Below are positions 59,127 to 64,000 of a stretch of DNA of 64,000 nt, piece after piece. A program made the position numbers and the translations under genes. How positions within the stretch are numbered: the first letter of the stretch is position 1; each line of letters opens with the position of its first letter. Under the pieces are notes generated by a model, which was not told the DNA's origin, ran no database searches, and was given only the letters and a program-made list of their open reading frames with translations. The stretch lies in NCBI GenBank assembly GCA_046261715.1, contig JBHEOF010000001.1:29690-93689 (forward strand), read 5' to 3'. The stretch is from Bacteroidales bacterium. Lineage in GTDB: Bacteria; Bacteroidota; Bacteroidia; Bacteroidales; UBA7960.

Positions 59127-59624
59127 ATGTATTTGAAAAAATCAATTCAAAGTTTATTCACTCTTTTCCTGGTAACTTTATTCAGTACAGGATTGTTTGC
59201 TCAAATGCCTATGCAGGCGCCTGCAACCGCACCCGCAGACTATTCTGATGCAGAACTTATGCAATTTGCCAAGGCAGTACAAAAAGTTATGATTATACAG
59301 GAGGAAAACCAGGAACAAATGATGGCAAGCATTGAAGAGAATGAAATTACTGTTGATCGCTTTAATGAAATGCTCATGCAAGGGCAGCAGCAGGGACAGG
59401 ATGCCATTGAAGCCACCGAAGAAGAAATGCTCGCATTTAACAATGCAATGAACCAGGTACAGCAACTCCAGCAGCAAATGCAGATGGATATGATGGAAGC
59501 CATTACCGATGAAGGCCTTGACGTTGAAAAATACCAGGGCATTATGCAGGCCTATGAACAAAACCCAGAGGTAAAGGGGAAAGTTGATGCCTATTTTGAT
59601 GAACTGGAAGCAGAGCAGGAATAA
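59127..59624 (+). CDS. DUF4168-like secreted Q/M/E-rich protein
   Basis: 165 aa with signal peptide. Contains duplicated helical units (SDAELMQFAKAVQKVMIIQEE.. / TEEEMLAFNNAMNQVQQLQQQ..). Confidence 0.6.
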   Translation: MYLKKSIQSLFTLFLVTLFSTGLFAQMPMQAPATAPADYSDAELMQFAKAVQKVMIIQEENQEQMMASIEENEITVDRFNEMLMQGQQQGQDAIEATEEEMLAFNNAMNQVQQLQQQMQMDMMEAITDEGLDVEKYQGIMQAYEQNPEVKGKVDAYFDELEAEQE

Positions 59625-59796
59625 AATTTAATCTGATATCTGATATACTTAAAAAAAAAAGCGCTTAACTGAAAAGTCAGGGGCTTTTTTTATATTTATT
59701 TTGAATTCATATATTTAGCCACGTATAGCAGATTGGGAAAGATGTCGGAAAATACGTTCTTATTCTCCATCAAAATTTATTCCTTTATTCTGATCA

Positions 59797-60891
59797 TCAC
59801 GCCAGGTCGATTTCATCATTGAGGTACACGTCCTGAATAGAGTTCAGCAGTTGTACGCCTTCTTTCATAGGGCGTTGAAATGCTTTTCGTCCGGAAATCA
59901 AACCCGCTCCACCGGCACGTTTATTAATAACAGCCGTTCGAACGGCATCCTGTAAATCGTTTTTTCCTGATGCACCTCCGGAATTGATAAGCCCGATTTT
60001 TCCCATGTAATTGTTTATAACCTGGTACCGGCAGAGATCGATGGGATGGTCTGACGATAGTTCTTCGTACATGCCGGGATGCGTTTTCCCAAACTTCAGC
60101 ACTTCGAATCCCCTGTTTGTAGTGGGTAGTTTTTGCTTTATGATATCGGCTTTCAGAGTTACACCAAGATGGTTGGCCTGACCGGTAAGGTCGACTGCGG
60201 TATGGTAGTCATCGTCCTTTTCCTTAAATGCTCCGTTTCGGGTGTAACACCACAAAATAGTGGCCATTCCCAGTTCATGGGCATGCTCAAAGGCATGTGA
60301 TACTTCAATGATCTGCCGGTTCGATTCTTCGGAACCGAAATATATGGTTGCCCCCACAGCTGCTGCCCCCAGGTTCCATGCCTCGTGCACTGATCCGAAC
60401 ATGATCTGGTCGTGTTTGTTGGGAAAGGTCATCAACTCATTATGATTAATTTTTACGATGAACGGAATTTTGTGGGCGTATTTTCGCGAATGCAGCGCCA
60501 ATCCGCCAAAAGTACTAGCCACACCGTTGCAGCCTCCTTCGATGGCCAGCTTAATGATATTTTCCGGGTCGAAATAATCGGGGTTGGGAGCAAATGAGCT
60601 TCCTGCTGTGTGCTCAATTCCCTGGTCGACCGGCAAAATGGAAAGGTAGCCGGTGCCGGCAAGTCTGCCCGAATTATACAATGCTCCAAGATTGCGAAGC
60701 ACCTGTGCGTTGCGATCGCTGTTAGCAAATATATCATCAATATGATGAGGTCCGGGCCTGTAGAGCTTTTCTGCAGGGATGGTCTGCGACCGGTAATCCA
60801 GTAAATCCCTGTTCTCTTCTCCAAGTAAGGCTGCAATTTTTTCTAAGTTATTTATAGGTGTATCCATGTTATGAAATTTTTCTTTTAGCAC
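59797..60891 (-). CDS. fbaB: class I fructose-bisphosphate aldolase, FbaB/DhnA type
   Basis: 364 aa. Near-colinear with my recollection of E. coli FbaB: LRN...[74 protein letters not shown] and [17 protein letters not shown]. Confidence 0.9.
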   Translation of the reverse strand: MLKEKFHNMDTPINNLEKIAALLGEENRDLLDYRSQTIPAEKLYRPGPHHIDDIFANSDRNAQVLRNLGALYNSGRLAGTGYLSILPVDQGIEHTAGSSFAPNPDYFDPENIIKLAIEGGCNGVASTFGGLALHSRKYAHKIPFIVKINHNELMTFPNKHDQIMFGSVHEAWNLGAAAVGATIYFGSEESNRQIIEVSHAFEHAHELGMATILWCYTRNGAFKEKDDDYHTAVDLTGQANHLGVTLKADIIKQKLPTTNRGFEVLKFGKTHPGMYEELSSDHPIDLCRYQVINNYMGKIGLINSGGASGKNDLQDAVRTAVINKRAGGAGLISGRKAFQRPMKEGVQLLNSIQDVYLNDEIDLA

Positions 60892-61243
60892 TGAAAAAAG
60901 TATACCACCAATTATTATAAAATGACCGGATTTGCATGATGCTTATAATCAATATATTGAGCAAATTCGGAGTTATAAAAAATTCTATAGGGTGGGGGAA
61001 TAATTCCACAATACAGTGCATTTATGGCAACATTTATGGGAGCGGCAAAATCTGAAAAGGTAAGCGAAATTGATAGTAGCCGGATATGGCAAATGCATCA
61101 ATTTGAACATTCTTTCGCGCAAGCAGCCTTCCCTTAAAAAAGCTGTTTCCAGCTGTATTATTTGTTGTTTCAGCAAATAGGGGCAAATATAGGAGAAATT
61201 GGGAATGGAGTTTGTCTGTAAGAAAGTAATCTGAACTTGCAGC

Positions 61244-61281
61244 AAAAATAAAGCCCGGCAGCGCAATGCTGCCGGGCTTAT
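61244..61281 (-). terminator. intrinsic terminator downstream of tRNA-Met
   Basis: Read on the minus strand: AAGCCCGGCAGC-ATTGC-GCTGCCGGGCTT (12-bp perfect stem) followed by TATTTTTG. Confidence 0.75.
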
Positions 61282-61284
61282 TAG

Positions 61285-61356
<72 letters not shown>

Positions 61357-61562
61357 ATATATTTTGAAAGCTAATGTTGCTTTATTTTCTGAAGAACGAT
61401 GCAAAACCAGGTATTTTTCCGTTTTGCAGGTGCAAAGATACAACAATTTTTATCACTCACAAACTATGATCCGGCAAATTGAATTTAAAATCGTAATTTT
61501 GTAATTCTTTGGTATTATCCACTTATAAATCAGCTATTTCCATTTTGAGTAAAACAAATCAT

Positions 61563-62435
61563 ATGCATAAATCCGGTTTCGTAAACATATTAGGCAAGCC
61601 CAATGTGGGCAAATCCACTTTGATGAATGCCCTGCTGGGTGAAAAACTTTCCATCATTACCCCCAAAGCACAAACCACCCGCCACCGCATACTGGGCATT
61701 GCCAATGATGATGACTACCAGATCGTATTTTCCGATACCCCGGGGATCATAAAGCCGGGCTACAAGCTGCAGGAGCATATGATGAGTTTTGTGCAATCGG
61801 CCATGGAAGACGCCGATCTTTTTATCCTGGTAACGGAAATAGATGACGATTTCAAGGATGAGAAAACGCTGAATAAGCTTCATAAGACGGATATTCCCGT
61901 ATTACTTCTTATAAATAAGATTGACCTGGCCAGCCAGGACCAGGTGGTAGCCAAGTGCGAGCAGTGGAAGCGTGATTTTCCATCCTTTCTGGTGCTGCCC
62001 ATCTCGGCCATCAACAACTTCAACCTCGACCAGGTGATGAGCAAGATCCTGGAGATCATACCCGAAAATCCGCCATATTTCCCCAAAGACGAACTTACTG
62101 ATCGCCCCATGCGGTTTTTCATCGCTGAAATGATCAGGGAAAAGATTTTAATGAACTACCAGAAAGAGATCCCCTATTCTGTAGAAGTGGTGGTGGAGGA
62201 ATACAAAGAAGAAGAAAAGCTGGTACGCATCCGTTGTGTTATTTTTGTAGCCCGCGATTCGCAAAAGGGAATCATCATCGGCCACAAAGGCAGCGCTCTA
62301 AAGCGCATAGGCACCCAGGCCCGCAAAGACATCGAAGAATTTATCGGCAAGCAGGCTTTCATCGATCTGCATGTAAAAGTGAGCAAAAACTGGCGTGATA
62401 GTGATTTGCAGCTGGGGCGGTTTGGGTACAGGTAG
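61563..62435 (+). CDS. era: GTPase Era
   Basis: Start chosen at MHKSGFVNILGKPNVGKSTLMNAL (ATG 61563). Motifs G1 GKPNVGKS, G3 DTPG and G4 NKID, with a C-terminal KH domain (IIGHKGSALKRIG). Confidence 0.93.
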   Translation: MHKSGFVNILGKPNVGKSTLMNALLGEKLSIITPKAQTTRHRILGIANDDDYQIVFSDTPGIIKPGYKLQEHMMSFVQSAMEDADLFILVTEIDDDFKDEKTLNKLHKTDIPVLLLINKIDLASQDQVVAKCEQWKRDFPSFLVLPISAINNFNLDQVMSKILEIIPENPPYFPKDELTDRPMRFFIAEMIREKILMNYQKEIPYSVEVVVEEYKEEEKLVRIRCVIFVARDSQKGIIIGHKGSALKRIGTQARKDIEEFIGKQAFIDLHVKVSKNWRDSDLQLGRFGYR

Positions 62436-62600
62436 AGTTTACCGCGGAGACGCAATGGCGGGGAGTTCGCAGAGAGTTATAAAATTTTTTTTCTTGCTTT
62501 CCATATAACATCCCCTAACCCCCTTAAAAGGGGGAATAGTTCGGTATTTAATTCATACTTTTGCTATGATTACCGGCTTCGGTCTTCGGTCTTAAACCTT

Positions 62601-64000
62601 TCAACCTTCTTTCATACTCATTTGTATCCTCTTCCTCCCCACATCCACATCCATAATGGTAACCATAACTTTTTGATTGAGTTTTACTACTTCTGACGGG
62701 TTACTGATGAACCGGTCGGCCATCTGGCTGATGTGTACCAGTCCGTCCTGGTGGGCGCCCACATCCACAAAGGCACCGAAGGCAGTGATATTGGTTACAA
62801 TACCGGGAAGTTTCATCCCCGGGCGCAGGTCGTGGATACTTTTTACCGATGGGTCAAACTCAAACACTTCAATTTCCTTGCGGGGATCGCGTCCGGGTTT
62901 GGCCAGTTCGGCCATGATATCCTTCAGGGTGGGCAGTCCCGCTGTTTCGGTTTTGTATTTTTCCAGCACGATCTGTTTACGGAGTTCTTCCTTTTTCATC
63001 AGGTCACCTACCGCTACCCCCAGGTCTTTGGCCATGGCATCCACGATATGGTAACTCTCGGGGTGCACGGCACTTTTGTCGAGCGGGTTTTTGCTCTGGC
63101 TCACCCGCATAAAGCCTGCAGCCTGCTCAAAGGCTTTGGCACCAAAGCGCGGTACTTTTTTCAGGGCGGTGCGCGAGGCAAAGGGACCGTTTTCGTTGCG
63201 GTATTCCACAATATTTTTGGCAAGCACGGGCCCCAGTCCGGACACGTAGGTCAGCAGTTCCTTGCTGGCGGTATTCACTTCCACTCCCACAGCGTTCACT
63301 GCACTGACCACCACATCATCCAGACTGTTTTTCAGCAGTTTCTGATCCACATCATGCTGGTACTGCCCCACCCCAATGGATTTGGGATCGATCTTTACCA
63401 GTTCGGCCAGCGGATCGGCCAGGCGCCGGCCAATACTCACAGCGCCACGCACGGTAACATCATAATCGGGGAATTCTTCCCGGGCCACAGCCGATGCAGA
63501 ATACACCGATGCACCGCTCTCATTGACCATAACGGCCATGATATCGCGCGGGAAACGGATACTGCGTACCAGCGATTCGGTTTCGCGCCCGCCGGTGCCA
63601 TTACCGATGGAGATGGCTTCGATATCATAGGCATTTACCAGGCTCTGTATTTTGGCTGCCGCTTCTTTTCTTTTGTTATGGGGCGGATGGGGATAAATAT
63701 TTTCGTTGTGAAGCAGTTTTCCCTGTTTGTCGAGACACACTAACTTGCAACCGGTGCGCAGGCCCGGGTCAATGGCCAGTATGTTTTTCTGCCCCAGGGG
63801 TGGCGCAAGCAGCAACTGACGCAGATTATCTGCAAATACCCTGATGGCTTCCTCATCGGCTTTCAACTTAAACAGTTGCCGCATCTCGGTTTCCATGGAT
63901 GGGGCCAATAACCTTTTGTAGCTGTCTCTTACAGCCATCTCTACCTGCTCCGATGCCTTGTTGTTCCCTTTTACAAACATATCTTCAAGAATTTCAAGGG
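62601..64000 (-). CDS. tex: Tex-like RNA-binding transcription accessory protein, C-terminal ~465 aa (gene continues past the right edge)
   Basis: The frame stays open to the window edge (..LEILEDMFVKGNN..). It has a YqgF/RuvC-like region (ILAIDPGLRTGCK), an HhH region and a C-terminal S1 domain (GIVTNITAFGAFVDVGAHQDGLVHISQM). Confidence 0.9.
   Translation of the reverse strand, partial: LEILEDMFVKGNNKASEQVEMAVRDSYKRLLAPSMETEMRQLFKLKADEEAIRVFADNLRQLLLAPPLGQKNILAIDPGLRTGCKLVCLDKQGKLLHNENIYPHPPHNKRKEAAAKIQSLVNAYDIEAISIGNGTGGRETESLVRSIRFPRDIMAVMVNESGASVYSASAVAREEFPDYDVTVRGAVSIGRRLADPLAELVKIDPKSIGVGQYQHDVDQKLLKNSLDDVVVSAVNAVGVEVNTASKELLTYVSGLGPVLAKNIVEYRNENGPFASRTALKKVPRFGAKAFEQAAGFMRVSQSKNPLDKSAVHPESYHIVDAMAKDLGVAVGDLMKKEELRKQIVLEKYKTETAGLPTLKDIMAELAKPGRDPRKEIEVFEFDPSVKSIHDLRPGMKLPGIVTNITAFGAFVDVGAHQDGLVHISQMADRFISNPSEVVKLNQKVMVTIMDVDVGRKRIQMSMKEG

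Noticed and set aside
60892-61243. A 350-nt non-coding gap between fbaB and the tRNA-Met terminator, examined for an ncRNA or riboswitch.
   Set aside because: I could not recognise any conserved RNA-family core (SRP, 6S, RNase P, tmRNA or common riboswitches) or a convincing structure by eye. A covariance-model scan would be needed.
62733-63743. A 336-aa ORF antisense to tex.
   Set aside because: It is a shadow ORF. The tex and era regions are visibly more GC-rich (roughly 50-55% in sampled lines versus ~30-45% elsewhere), so the antisense frame lacks stops. The translation is low-complexity (H/G/F-rich) with no motifs. I also considered the GC rise at about 59.8-64 kb as a foreign island. 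I rejected that because it is gradual and covers core genes (fbaB, era, tex).

Overview
This window is a chromosomal segment from a Bacteroidota bacterium. The evidence is a SusC/SusD pair, a uppS-bamA-skp block with DUF6089-like genes, SPOR lipoproteins, TAnnTTTG-type promoter boxes upstream of tRNAs, and an archaeal/eukaryotic-type ProRS. The organism is probably an anaerobe, because the window carries an mce-mmdA-oadG-mmdC-mmdB operon for Na+-translocating methylmalonyl-CoA decarboxylase. I support about 50 protein-coding genes, 3 tRNAs (Gly-GCC, Leu-TAA, initiator-like Met-CAT), about a dozen intrinsic terminators and several short-period repeat arrays. No transposases, integrases, CRISPR arrays or rRNA genes are present.

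Most genes are housekeeping: asnS (partial), fba, proS, lpxK, dnaG, cysS, ribE, mrdA, rodA, nadK, uppS, bamA, mutS, fbaB, era and tex (partial).

The stand-out observations are:
- A compact exosortase-family gene (Cys/Arg/His motifs) with a coupled small membrane partner lies divergently next to a choice-of-anchor-L-like secreted protein. That protein ends in a PEP-CTERM-like signal (VPLP, TM helix, KIRR), making it a candidate sortase-substrate pair for the poorly understood XrtF-like class.
- An intact archaeal-type GatD/GatE pair appears to form an operon with a saccharopine-dehydrogenase-family gene. It sits beside a tRNA cassette.
- A recurrent family of strand-asymmetric (C-free), stop-codon-bearing tandem repeats with 6-8 nt periods occurs in several intergenic regions. 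In four cases an array abuts the stop codon of bamA, skp, gatD or tex. Other arrays flank the tRNA cassette and both skp paralogs.
- A SusC/SusD locus is coupled to an exported cyanophycinase and a YfcC-type transporter, which may be a cyanophycin or polypeptide utilisation locus.
- A 578-aa lipoprotein combines YXWGXW repeats, a PQRT-rich repeat region and a Ser/Arg tail.
- lpxK has its N-terminal membrane helix in a different reading frame, apparently from a 1-nt homopolymer indel.

All functional calls come from reading motifs in the supplied translations. No database search was possible.
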